A DNA stretch of 64,000 nucleotides. Source: Phoronis australis (taxonomy: Eukaryota; Animalia; Phoronida). The stretch lies in assembly GCA_002633005.1 (NCBI GenBank), contig NMRA01000691.1:124001-188000 (forward strand), given 5' to 3'. Made by a program: the position numbers and the translations under genes. Each line of letters opens with the position of its first letter. Position 1 is the stretch's first letter. This document shows positions 1 to 12,300 of the stretch, piece by piece. The notes under the pieces are model-generated. The model was given only the letters and a program-made list of their open reading frames with translations. It had not been told where the DNA came from and did not search any database.

Positions 1-43
1 GAGAGATTTCGACCAGTGAGTGATGCATCTTGGGAAATTTCCT

Positions 44-81
44 TGCGCATGCGTGATAGGACAACTGAAAATTTGAGCGCC
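44..81 (+). promoter_or_regulatory. Candidate SMC2 promoter elements: NRF1/Ewg-like TGCGCATGCGT (44-54) and weak E2F-like TTTGAGCGC (72-80)
   Basis: Motif match 65-100 bp upstream of the ATG; such sites are common at cell-cycle/housekeeping promoters. Motif only. Confidence 0.4.
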
Positions 82-146
82 CTTTTCAATGAATTGTTTA
101 CATTTTCTGATTTTTTCGTTTAATCTGTTAAATTGATTTCAGTGAA

Positions 147-314
147 ATGTACATCAAGTCTATCGTGATCGATGGCTTTAAGTCTTATGCCCAGCGCACT
201 GAAGTTTCGGGGTTTGATCCGATGTTTAACGCGATCACTGGTTTGAATGGAAGTGGCAAGTCAAATATTTTGGATTCCATTTGTTTTTTACTTGGAATTT
301 CAAATCTGAACCAG
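147..314 (+). CDS. SMC2: SMC2 exon 1
   Basis: [14 protein letters not shown]...GLNGSGKSN...NLNQ; donor gtaagt at 315. Confidence 0.96.
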
Positions 315-3300
315 GTAAGTAGTATGCAAAAGCGCCATTAAACCGGAACCTTATATCAAAAGTCTTGATTTAGTCGCCTGTTACACTTATAAAGTGATCT
401 AATCTTGTTGCTCACTCGGAAGTGATTTCTGGGCTTGTGTACAGTGCCGAGATTACACGACCCAGGAACAGAAACACCTCCATAAAACCGGCAAGCATGG
501 TAACCATTAGAATAGGCAATTGATTATCTCCTATCCTACGAAACTGGCGCACTTAGACAGTGCCACTCGTTTCTGCTGAGCAGTAGAGAGAACAGTGATG
601 CTCCTAGGCTATAGCCTGTTTTCGAATGTTCAGTCCTTAATTTGTCCATTTGCCCAAATTGTCAACTGGCCATTTTTATAGTGATCGCACTAGGCTAGGG
701 TATATGATGTCATATCTCCTGGCGCGAGCAATGTAAAAATGGCCAGTTGTGTTGACATTCAGTTGTGTACAGCTGGATAGCCCGGTAGGGCTACATGTGT
801 CAGTGATAGTTAATTCATTCATTCAACTTAAGTCAGACTTGTGCCATTAGTATAGACTTTAAAATTCCTTGCTTAGAAGTTCAGTGAATGGCCCACTTGG
901 GCGTTTTGGTTTTCTTGGAGTTTGAGTGACTGTACACAGTAGGCTACCACAATCTCTAATTGGGCCAGTTGAGACATGGTACTGTGCAAGATCACTAATT
1001 TTAATGAATCTCCTTTTTTCAGGTGCGCGCTGCCAATCTGCAAGACCTGGTGTACAAGAATGGACAGGCTGGTATTACTAAAGCTACAGTCAGTATCACA
1101 TTTGACAACACAGACAAGAAACAGAGCCCGTTGGGTTATGAACAGTATGACGAGCTAACTGTCACAAGACAGGTGAGCTAGTAACAGTAAATCTGCCTTT
1201 GAATACCACCACAGATGGTGTGTTATCTGTCTGTGTATGTCTGCCTCAAGTGAACAAGCAGAGCTGACAGCTAATATAAGATCCTCACCTTGGCGTGAGT
1301 GTTTAGCTCAGCTGTTGTTTATTTGAGGCATGCAGCTCAGCTTTTAGCTTTTGGTCTGTGATGGGCCTATTAGGCCAAGGGCTTTAATGTCAATCAACAG
1401 GCAAAATAATTTTTGGTTGAGGTAGATAGAATCAGGCTGGAGCTATACATGGAGATCATTCATTTTACTAAGAAACACCTATTCACATGATCTAGATTCA
1501 AATATATTTAACCTCACTCTGTTATTAATCATAGAAATTCCAACCTTTCTGCTATTTTTTGTTCTCAGCTGCATGCAATGACATTCCTGTCAAGGTGAGC
1601 TACAAAGTTTGACCTCTTCATCTGAATTGAATCTCATCAAATTGTTATATTGTTAATGATTTGTCTTTCCACCATTTATTCATTAAGGTGAGAAAACAAT
1701 GACAGACCTCAGTCACGGTTGTATGGTAGTCTTAATGGCAACTGATTTTGTTAGATACAGGTGGCACTCCTGAATAAATGAATTAGGAGGTGCCTTTTAG
1801 GAAAAGGTAAAAGATGCCATTAGTTTGTGACAATTTAGTGTGTGTGTCTTATTATCATGCTGAATGAATTGAATGCTTGAATCAGTGCGATCAAGCCGCT
1901 CCTGAATCCATTGATTGTCATGCACTCCCCCAACATATCTTCAGGTTGTGATTGGTGGACGCAACAAGTACCTTATCAATGGCAGTAACGCCAACAACAC
2001 ACGAGTTCAGGACATGTTTCGCTCAGTTCAGCTTAACATCAACAACCCTCACTTCCTTATCATGCAGGGCCGCATTACCAAGGTGTTGAACATGAAGCCT
2101 CCAGAGGTAAAGGGCTGTGATCATTACTGAGCTCATAGTTGTAAACCATAGAATGGTCAAGTGGGCTTGAAAATTCTGTCATGATTAGTGAATAAGAAAT
2201 TTTCAATGTAACATGGAAGTACAGTCATTTAGAGCCTTGATGGATTTAAATTATTTATTTTTTAGCTTTGTGCATAAGAGTATTGGTGCGCATGGAACTA
2301 TATGCACTTGACTCGACCAATCAAAGCACTGTAAAGATGTCCAGCACCTAGTACCTCCTCTACTCACCTCATTTCTACATACATTTTCACTGATCCGAAC
2401 ATGATTGAAATGTAAACTTTACTATGATTGTGCTGTAGGCACTGTATGAAGCAAATAGTTTTGCTATACCTTGACCTGCACGCAATTGGTGATACTGTAG
2501 ATATTTCTTGTTATCAACAGCTTTAGAGTTGTGTACTTGTTTCGTGCACTGGTGATTAGTAAAAGGATATCTTATTATTGATTGCTTTAAGTACACAGCT
2601 CTCAAACAGGGGAATGGTAATCGTTCGGGTTAACGCCCTGGGCGGTTAAATTGGCGAACCCAAAAAATCGGGGGTGGGCGGTTAACCAGACATGGGCGCT
2701 TAAACGTGAAATTTCAAGAAATCGGGGGGGGGGGCGGTTAACTGAACAAGGGCGCTTATTACGACCGGCAACCGCCCTGGGCGGTTAATCCTACCTTATG
2801 ATCTGAGTCACCACACGTACTAAGCCACATACTGGGATCGCCTAACACTTTGAAAAGAACTTTATCGCCACCAAGTGCGTACTCTGCGCACTCTAATTAA
2901 CAAATAGTTTCGAAAATGAAGAGTGTGGTCAAACTCCGAACGCTTGCATAGAAAGTTTGCTACATAATATGGCGCCTCAGGTGAGACCGATTATTGCGAA
3001 TTATGCTCATTATCTCACTATACTTCGCAGACGTTGAACATGTTCACCTGCGTAGCAGACGGTAGCTGTGCTGTCGTTTTAACCCAGTTGTGGTCACGTG
3101 CTGACCCATTTTTCCTGTGATCAGTGCACTCCCATAATAAACAACTTAACTGACGGTCACGTAGACAAGGACTACCAGCAGTTCCGAATTTCAGTTCAAA
3201 ATTATTTCGAGATAACAGAATGTACTCCTGGTCTGAATGGTCAAAAAGCATAAAAATGTATAATCAATCACGAAATCGGGTTCAACTATTCAGTTGCCAT

Positions 3301-6300
3301 GCACTGTGACGAGAGTACTCGAAAGACGGGGATCTCGATAACCCGGCAATTACACTCACCAAAATATAAAGAATTTATCAACTTTTCGCGGTTTATGGGA
3401 ATTCTTCAAAATCCCGAGAGCTTACAACCTAAAGCGCATTGAGAGGGTTGGCAAAAGCAATGTCACATTTCTCTGACCTGGTTATTTCGAATGCATCTTT
3501 TATATAGTGCACTGTAGTCGATAACTCAGTGCGGCAGAGATTGTGGCTGAAAGTGGAGGTGTAGACGCCAGCGCGGTTCCTAAAGTTTGCGAACATGAGA
3601 AGAAAAGAAAGTGACAAAGTGTTCAAGTATTACATTTTGAAGTTAATCGATGACCCGTTACAATAATTTGTTACTGGTATCATAATTCACATTGCTAAAC
3701 CGCGGTCTCTGAGGCCGTCGTTGCACTCAATGTTATCATCGATCTTAATCTAAAAGGTCGGGGATTCGCGTTTCCTATTAGCACAGGGCGGTAATCACCA
3801 ATCGTCAAAAGTAGGGGATGGGCGGTTAACCGAGCAGTGGGCGGTTAATTGGAAATCTTCAAAAATAGCAGGGGGGCGGTTAACCGAGCAGTGGGCGGTT
3901 AAATCGAAATTCACCTAAAGTAGGGGGTGGGCGGTTAACTGAGCATGGGCGTTAACCCGAACGATTACGGTAAACAAGCTGGCATGCTCTTTCTGCTGTT
4001 TTTCCCTCCAGATGCTCAATCAGGAAAGAGGCTGTTTTTCAGTTTCAGTTTCATTTGTCACTGGGACTTGATTGACAGTCCATGTAATGGCATTGACAAG
4101 TGATCTCAAGATGCACACCTCCATTTTAGATTTTGTCCATGATTGAGGAGGCTGCAGGCACAAGACTGTACGAGAGTAAAAAGGAATCTGCACAGAAAAC
4201 AATAGAAAAGAAAGATGCCAAACTGAAGGAGATTGACACGGTATAGTTATGAATTAAAACACTGACACTCATCTGTGTTTCCTTGTCATTGAAAGGTCAT
4301 CCATGGTTTACTGTAGAAGCTTGCTGTACAGACACATCTTAAATGCTCATTAGTCCTACAGTGTTTGACTCGACAGTCATTTGGTGGAAAACTTCACCCC
4401 TTACAAAGTCCTGTGCATCAACTTGAAAACCCCCGACTTATATGTGGCAGTTCTTGCATTTTCCCTAGCCACTCATAGGTGTAACTGAGACAGCACCAAC
4501 AAGGAATGCAGTTATTGCATGCACCATCTTAAAAATTAATGTCATTCGTGTCTTAACTGGTGCATCTCTGTAACTGCCAATCTCCATCGTACTTCCATTT
4601 GAAACTCAACTCCCACATCAATGTGATACAATCCTCATGTTAGACTGTTGAATCTTCACAGATTCTGAAAGAAGAGATCACACCGACGCTGACCAAGCTA
4701 AAGGAAGAGCGATCATCTTATCTTGAATATCAGAAAGTGATCAGAGAACTTGAGCACCTGAATAAGCTGTACATAGCTTATCAATTTGTGTGCGCTGAGG
4801 TGGGTATTTGAGTGGAATCAGTAATGTTGCATACTATACTAATTACATTGCCGCCAAGCATTTCTACTTGGGAGGAGGTGTGTTCAATATTCTGACTATG
4901 GAAAATCCTTAATTTTGAGATTCTGAAACTCTTAAAAAGGTGGAGTTTGTAACTTAAAGCTTTTGGCTTTTATTTACTGGTGTAATGATTGAGTACCAGT
5001 GGCCTTGAGAGTTCTTTTATTTCCAGATGATGTTCTTATTGTTTTGATCTCAGATATTTTGTTCACTTCAAGTCTATAGGTCTGCTGCTTTACTTGTCAG
5101 TTCATGAAATATTGGGAAAATTGATTCAGCATGGTCGCTTTACATTGCGCACCCTTTGGTGTCATGCATCTGTCTTTGATGTGCAGTATAACCTTCAAAA
5201 CGACGACATGTCTGCATTGCTTGTACCAATATCCGTGAAAATTTCAGACTAATTCATAGACAATTTCTTTTATCTACTTTCTGGAATTTCACGGTTGTGG
5301 TAAACTTTCACAGGTTGTGGTAAACTTTCACAGGTTCCCCTTTTTGGCTTGTACCTCCTGTACTATTTTTTATTCGAAGTTCCTAGTATTTAATACTTCT
5401 TCCTAGTTTTTGTCCCTGAAGTGTCATGTCCTTTTTGGAACACAGTCATTTAGACCACCATAGGCAGGTATGGACACAGGCAGCTGTCTTCACGCAGACG
5501 CGTAACATTTGTCCTTCACACTTGGTGATGATTCATCAAGAGCAAAGCTATAACTTCCCATCTTTTCCCTGGAAGGGCTCTCCCATAGGACTCCGACTGC
5601 TTGGTTGGGATGTGTTGCCATGTTGGAATATGAAATATCTGAAGTGACAAACGGGCAAACTTTTGGACAAACAGAATATTAGGAGTGTGGTAATGACCAG
5701 TTTGCCCCCTCTCGAGCCAACTACGTACTGATATAGGGTGAAATCTTTGGTCACTGTCGACAAAAGCTACTGTCTTAAAGTCTGTTCTTGGCTTACTCTG
5801 CTTTATTTTTTGCATCACAGTTACCAATTTTGTTTAACCATTATCATGACCTAAGCAAGGTCAGTCAACTGGCCAAGTAACCTATACAGCGAGACTACGA
5901 TTAGCTGCAGCTGCGTGCGGTTCGTGAGTGCACTTACCCCGGGACACTTGTGGTTTTCAATCAGAAATTTGGAGAGCCCTGTATGCTGTTTAGATATGTG
6001 AGCATGGGCATTCCACAGTTCAGTTTCCTGTACATTTCTCGGTTATTAACCATATGGCTGTGATTAGAAGTTTGAGAGATATTTGCAGTTTTATGTAAGA
6101 GTAGACCCATAGAAAAAAACAAAAGGTTGCCACTTTGAAATTTCACAGGTTTATTTACACAAAGGCTATGATGAAGATATACATGAGGTGACAATCTTCA
6201 TTAAATTCTGAACAACCTTCATGCTGCCTACTTTTCAGTGAAAATGACATTTCCCCTTCAAATTTCCAATTTAAAAATGTTAGGTCATTAATTTTGGTGA

Positions 6301-9300
6301 CCTTCATAAAAGCCCAGTGTACAGCAGTAGTGGTGAAGCTCTCAGGGAAAGTAGTCTGAATAGAGGCTCAGCAGGATAAGGGTTAAAAGTTGTCTTACTA
6401 TTTTGCCAGAAACTGTTTGAAAGCCTTTACTATAAATTTGATGAAGGTTTCATTTCATTCTCTTCTGTTTTACATCTACTAATTGTGAAGAACGAGATGT
6501 TGTCATCGTTTTTGTCCATACAAATAATGGTTGCACAGCATGTTACACTGTTTTCTCTCTACTGCAGGAAGTCAAACACAAGTCTGCAGAGGAGTTGGTG
6601 GAGATGCAGTCAGCTATGAAGAGGTTGCATGATCGTGGTGCCGAAATTGAGAAGGAAGTGACAGAACTAAGCAAACTTATCCAAGAGCTGGAGAGCAAGA
6701 GAGACGAGGTGATTGTCAGGGCGTTGTTTTTTCCTGATGTAGATGACATCACTGGGGTCATTATTTCCGTCCACCTTAACACACTCCCGCTGGTTTACTT
6801 TTAAAAGATAGCTGTTGCTAAGCTGGCATTTTCGCACGAGTCAAAGCTTAAAACCAGACACCACTTTGCTAATTACAGGCAATGGTTTTCGTTTAAGTCA
6901 CCTCATTCTCAGTGAGTTCATACACTTGAATTGGCACAAATTGTTTTAAACTCCATTTATATAAAAATTAAGGTTTATAACTTGTTAGTATTCAAGTATT
7001 CAGTGGTTATGTCATAAATGTTTTTTAGCAGAAGCTGGCCTACATTTTGAGTACAGTTTGGATTTCTTCATTGCGACAATAAGTCACCCCATCATACACG
7101 GGTTTCCTAATGCTGCCATTGTAAACGATGTCGAAAGTTTCAACGCTGTTATTTTTCTTTCCTTTATGAAACTCAAAAAGCTTATATCATGGACTTGTAC
7201 AAAATCTTTTGAAAATTGATTGAAGGAATCGTTACGACCTCAAACTTTTCCTTTTAGAATTAATCAAGTATCATTCTGATCTTTTAATTCAAAGTTTTCC
7301 ATATGACTAGATGATGTGCTTTTTGTGTAGCAACGGAAGTGGCTTAACATTCAGGCATGAGGGTTCACTCGGATATCCCTCTGCGTGTGACATGGTCTCA
7401 ATGGTGGCGAGTTCAGCAAATCGTAAACTTCATTCAACATGTTGATATTGTTCACAAGTCCAGTATTTGCTACTCAATTCATCAAATTTTGTGGTCTGAA
7501 GAACAACTTTGATATTTGTGAAGATAACTATGACTATTTCGCGATATATATATGGACTCGAGTGTTTCGAGGTTATATTCCTGCTTGATGTTGAGCACCA
7601 CGCAGCAATTCAGCCAGTAGTGTAACTTAAAACATGACAAATTTTTCGGGAAATATCCAATATTGAGCACGGATCAGCTGATTATTTTTCTGAATGTTTT
7701 GTCTTGCAACAATATTTGACTAATAACACAAGTTGAAATATTACCTTTCTGAATCACATTGTTGATCAGATGAATCATAAGCCTGCTCTCTTGAATATTA
7801 TTACCATGTCTGACCAATCCAATGAAGAACAGCATCAATGCCTGCAATGTCATTACCATCTTTATCCAATCACAGGAGGCTGGTGGTGTCATGATGCAGC
7901 TAGAAGAGAACCTGAATGAAGTGAAGAAGAAGGACGCACTTGCTCAGAGCTCTGTTGATCACAAGCGGCAGGCTGTCAAGGCGGAGCAAAAGAAAAAAAA
8001 GGAAGTGCTTAAGCAACAGACAGATGTAAGTTACGTCATGTTTTTCTGAAAATAAAAATTGAGAAAAATCAGTGTTTTCCATGAGTTCCGAAAAGATCGT
8101 GGTGTCGAATGGTCTTAGTGGGATGCAAAGTCCGTTGTCGTACACGAGTATGGGAAACAGGATCCAGCCATTGCCTGGACTATGGAAGGAGTGTGGTGGT
8201 GAATGGTTGCAGTGGATGGGGAACTCGGTGTCTCAATGAAAAGTCATTGTGTGGTCTCACTCCAGGGCCATCAATCTCTCAATTTTGGAACTGAATATTG
8301 GGCTCATGACCACTGTGAAAATCATTTAAAAATCTCGCAAAATTATCCTCGTCAGGCCCAAAAATTTCCCTCAAGTTATTGAAAATTTTCCCTCAATGTT
8401 TGACTCACTTGTTACTCATGCAGGTGACAATTTGAAACAGCACTAAGTATTGTTTTGGCTACTTGAGGTCTAGTATGTGGGCTAGTGAAAGGGGTGCGGG
8501 TGCTATTGATGCTGACCAGGGGCAGAATTTTGCCCTCGTCCAAAATCCCGTCTCGCAAGGCACAGTCACTTCCCCTCAGATGAACATGTTCCCTGGTAGT
8601 GTATGGAAAGTTTTGTATTATTCTGTCATATTTCAATCACCGATTTAAGTTGTGTTATGAAGCAGACACACCAAGACAGGGCTTCAGACTACTCGTTAAA
8701 ATTGAATTCTCCAGCTCTGGGCATGTACATAGAACTTAGGCTAGCACTAGACTTTTAAAGGCATTAGCCAAAATTACTAATGCTTCTGGAAACTTAGCCA
8801 TTTTCAAAAATTATATGCCAAATACTTTCTGTTTTCTCAACCCTTGCAATTGATAAAAATGCAGTAACTCCGACCAAACTTTTTATTTTTCATGTTGTGC
8901 ACAGGTCCTTTTTATAATGTACTAGAAGATGACGCTTACCTGAAGAAAAATACAAATGAGCATTCCAAGGTCAACCTAATAAGTTGTAATGGATGTCATC
9001 CAACATGGGTTTTATAATGATCTAAGAAGTGTGGGCTCAGGTTCCCCCCTATACCCGAGTTACTTCGTGAGTACGCTGGCCACATGGGCATTTAAATGAT
9101 GTTGACCTTAAAAAATTGGGCAGGAATTCCCCCCTATCCCTGTGTTATGGTGAGGTTACCCCGGTCATGTGGGCATTTTGATAAGCAAGACATTTTGGTC
9201 CAAAAATGTTTACGTAACTTGTGGCTAGCAAAATAACGCCAAGTCGTCCAAGAATAGGTAACATAAAACTAGCATTCCAGCATATATTTGATAACAAAAC

Positions 9301-12300
9301 TCATTAACCGCTTGACATTTACTTTACCTTGCTTTCTTTCGGTTGCCAAAATGCAAACACGTCCCAGTCTCTCCATAACTTTTTACACTTGCGACATTTA
9401 GCGAGCTGACAAGGTATGACATGGTATGACAAGGTATGACATGGTATGACAAGGTATGACATGGTATGACAAGGTATGACATGTGACGCATTTTGATTTA
9501 AAAATAGATAACACACTCGTTCTTCTCAGTGTTGTCCATCAAATTCATTAAATAAAATTGTGAATTCTACAAACATCAACTATACCTTTGCTCCTGACAG
9601 GACACAAATACTCTGAAGACTAAGGAGAAAGAGTTGGCGAAGTTGAAGGAGCATATCAGTAAATTTGAGGAGCAGAGCAAGGCAGATGAGCAGAGTCTGG
9701 CCTTGGCCAAGAAACACTACCAGGCGGTCAGTGCTGGACTGTCCAGCAACACAGATGGAGAGGATGCGACTCTTAATGATCAGTTGATGGGTAAGATTAT
9801 GGAGAAACTGGTTGTGATACGTATTTGTGAGATGACCAGTTGATGGGTAAGATTTGTTGAGAGACTGAATGCAATACATGTTTGTGACTCAATTTCTTTG
9901 TGTACATTAAGTAGATACACAGTGTTGTCACACCACTTGACCTAGTAGTTACAATTTCTAACAATACCTATTACTCAGGGCTTGGAATTTTCCGCGGAAA
10001 CGCAGATTTCCGCTTTTTTCAAATGTTCTGTCCGCGCATATCCGCGTAAAAAAATCGGATTTGATATAAAATTTCCGTGGCAAATTCCTTTCTTACCGCG
10101 GCGTTGCAGACGATGTTCACCTCGAAAAGCGGAAGTTGCTCTTTATGTTTCGGAGGAACGTAAATTGTCAACATTGCCGGGGCATCTGGGATAGCGTGGT
10201 GGGATTTTCAATGGCGTTTCAAGTTATTGTAAACCGTGGCATCAAATACTACGGCTCTGCAGCCAAAAATGTGTGGGTTGGGAGTGGACGGACGAGCTAA
10301 AGGGACGCAGACGCATGCTACTGATGGTGGTAAGTTTTTTTTTTTAGTCCTCCCGATTTTTGTCGGGGAAAGGTTCACATCAACCATTTCAAGGCTGGGT
10401 AGCGTGCATGATTTGGGCCATAAAAGTTTCCGCGTTTTTTGTCATTGGTCATTCCAAGTCCTGATTACTAAAGCAGTGGTGGTTCTTCTGTGGTCTCTGT
10501 CGAGTTAGTGTGTTTTGTTATGCTGTTTTTGTGTTGTACACTATTTCAAGTTGTAAGATAATGCACTTGTGGTAAGTGGGTAATTGTGTTTGAAGTCAAT
10601 TGCAAACACAATAACTGCATCTCCTATCTCTAAAGTGTTCTGTGATGCTGTTGTCGTCATAGTAAGTTCTCACCCTTAATTAAAAAAATTTCAGATGTTT
10701 GTATCAGAATTTTCACCCATGGACTAACTCTGTAATAGGCATTGGTAAAAATAGGCCTTTTACTGGGGTGATGAGTGAGGCACGTGATAGTTGTTAGGCA
10801 TTCATATGTTATTGCAGCTCAGTATACTGTGACAGTTTCCAAGTGAAATCCCTGCTATATTTGTTTACTCTAGTTGACAATTGAATACATAGTTGAGCAA
10901 ATAATGCAACTCACCTTTTTCAATTTTCTTTTTTTCAGCTGCAAAAGATGAGATCAGTAATGTTGAAACAGAGACGCAACAAGCACAACTCAAGTAAGTT
11001 TTCCTCATGATTTCTGTTTTGCTGTGATGCGAACACAAGATAAGCATCTATTGTGTGCTTGATTACATTATGATTTACAAGGACGAGTGTTTAGTCCAAG
11101 TCGGCACTTGAAGATTCAAGATTTCGAGTTAGATGTCAGCTTGTAGCTAGTGTGCATTACAGTGTATCTTTATCAAAGTGTTTACTGCCATACCACTGCT
11201 TCATTTAAGTATTCATTGGACGAGAAAACGTTGTACACAACTCTGTGTTGGAGCTCATTGCAAACCTTGTCTCTGAAAGGGCTTGTGTGGTCTTCATAAA
11301 AGATGTGTTACCATAATGATTATTAATTGATTGTGTGACTGTAAAATGACAGGCTGAAGCATGAGTCTCAGGAGATCAAGCGTAAACAGTCGGAGCTGAA
11401 GAAGACAGAGCAAGGCTACAAGAAGGACGAGTCAAACTATGAAGCTGCCAAGGCAAGTCTGGCTAAGGTTGAGGCGGAGATGAAACGTCTTGGTTATGAA
11501 GACGGGCAGCAGGAGGCTCTGGAAGGTCGTCGTCGAGAGTTGGGACAGCAGGTCAAACGACTGAAGGAAAAGTTAGACACACTAGAAGCCAGGTGAGTGT
11601 GGGGTCGAAGGGGTACAGTACGTGTGATGACAGTTAATGACCAGTTATGATAGGTCGTTCTAGCTACTCTGAGGGTGAATTCTGCTTGCACTCGGTTGTC
11701 ATTGGTTGGAAATTTGGGTTGCGCTCAGTCGTAGGAGTGGGAATTATCAGTCACTTCATGTGAATAGTTTGTTATGTAAAATGAAAACTAAAATCAATTT
11801 GCTTAAGTATTTTGATGCCATAATTAATATGGGAGTTGTTTCCACATGCTTACTTTTTGTTCTTTATTACAGATTTCCACAGCTGCAGTTTGATTACAAG
11901 GACCCAGAGAAGAACTTTGATCGCAGCAAAGTTCATGGTTTGGTTGCTAAATTGTGCAAGGTCAAGGATGTCTCTTCTGCTACGGCACTGGAGGTCGCTG
12001 CCGGGAATAAGGTAAAAATCCACATGCCTTTAGCCCTTCGGTGTGCCCTTTGGTGTCAACTGATTTCCTTCAATAGAATTTAATGGGTGATAGACCCGAT
12101 CCTGTGGAAAACCAAATGTAGATTCAGATCGCTTATGGTCTCGTCTTATTTGTACTGAGACTACAAGTTATGTCTAGGCAGAACCAACATTTGTATTGGT
12201 TGAGACTTGACTCATTAAGTTGCATGTCATGGCAGACTAGTTGTTGTCTTGAGGTCAATATGCAATCAGTGAATTTCAGGGATTCAGTGTAACCGCATTC

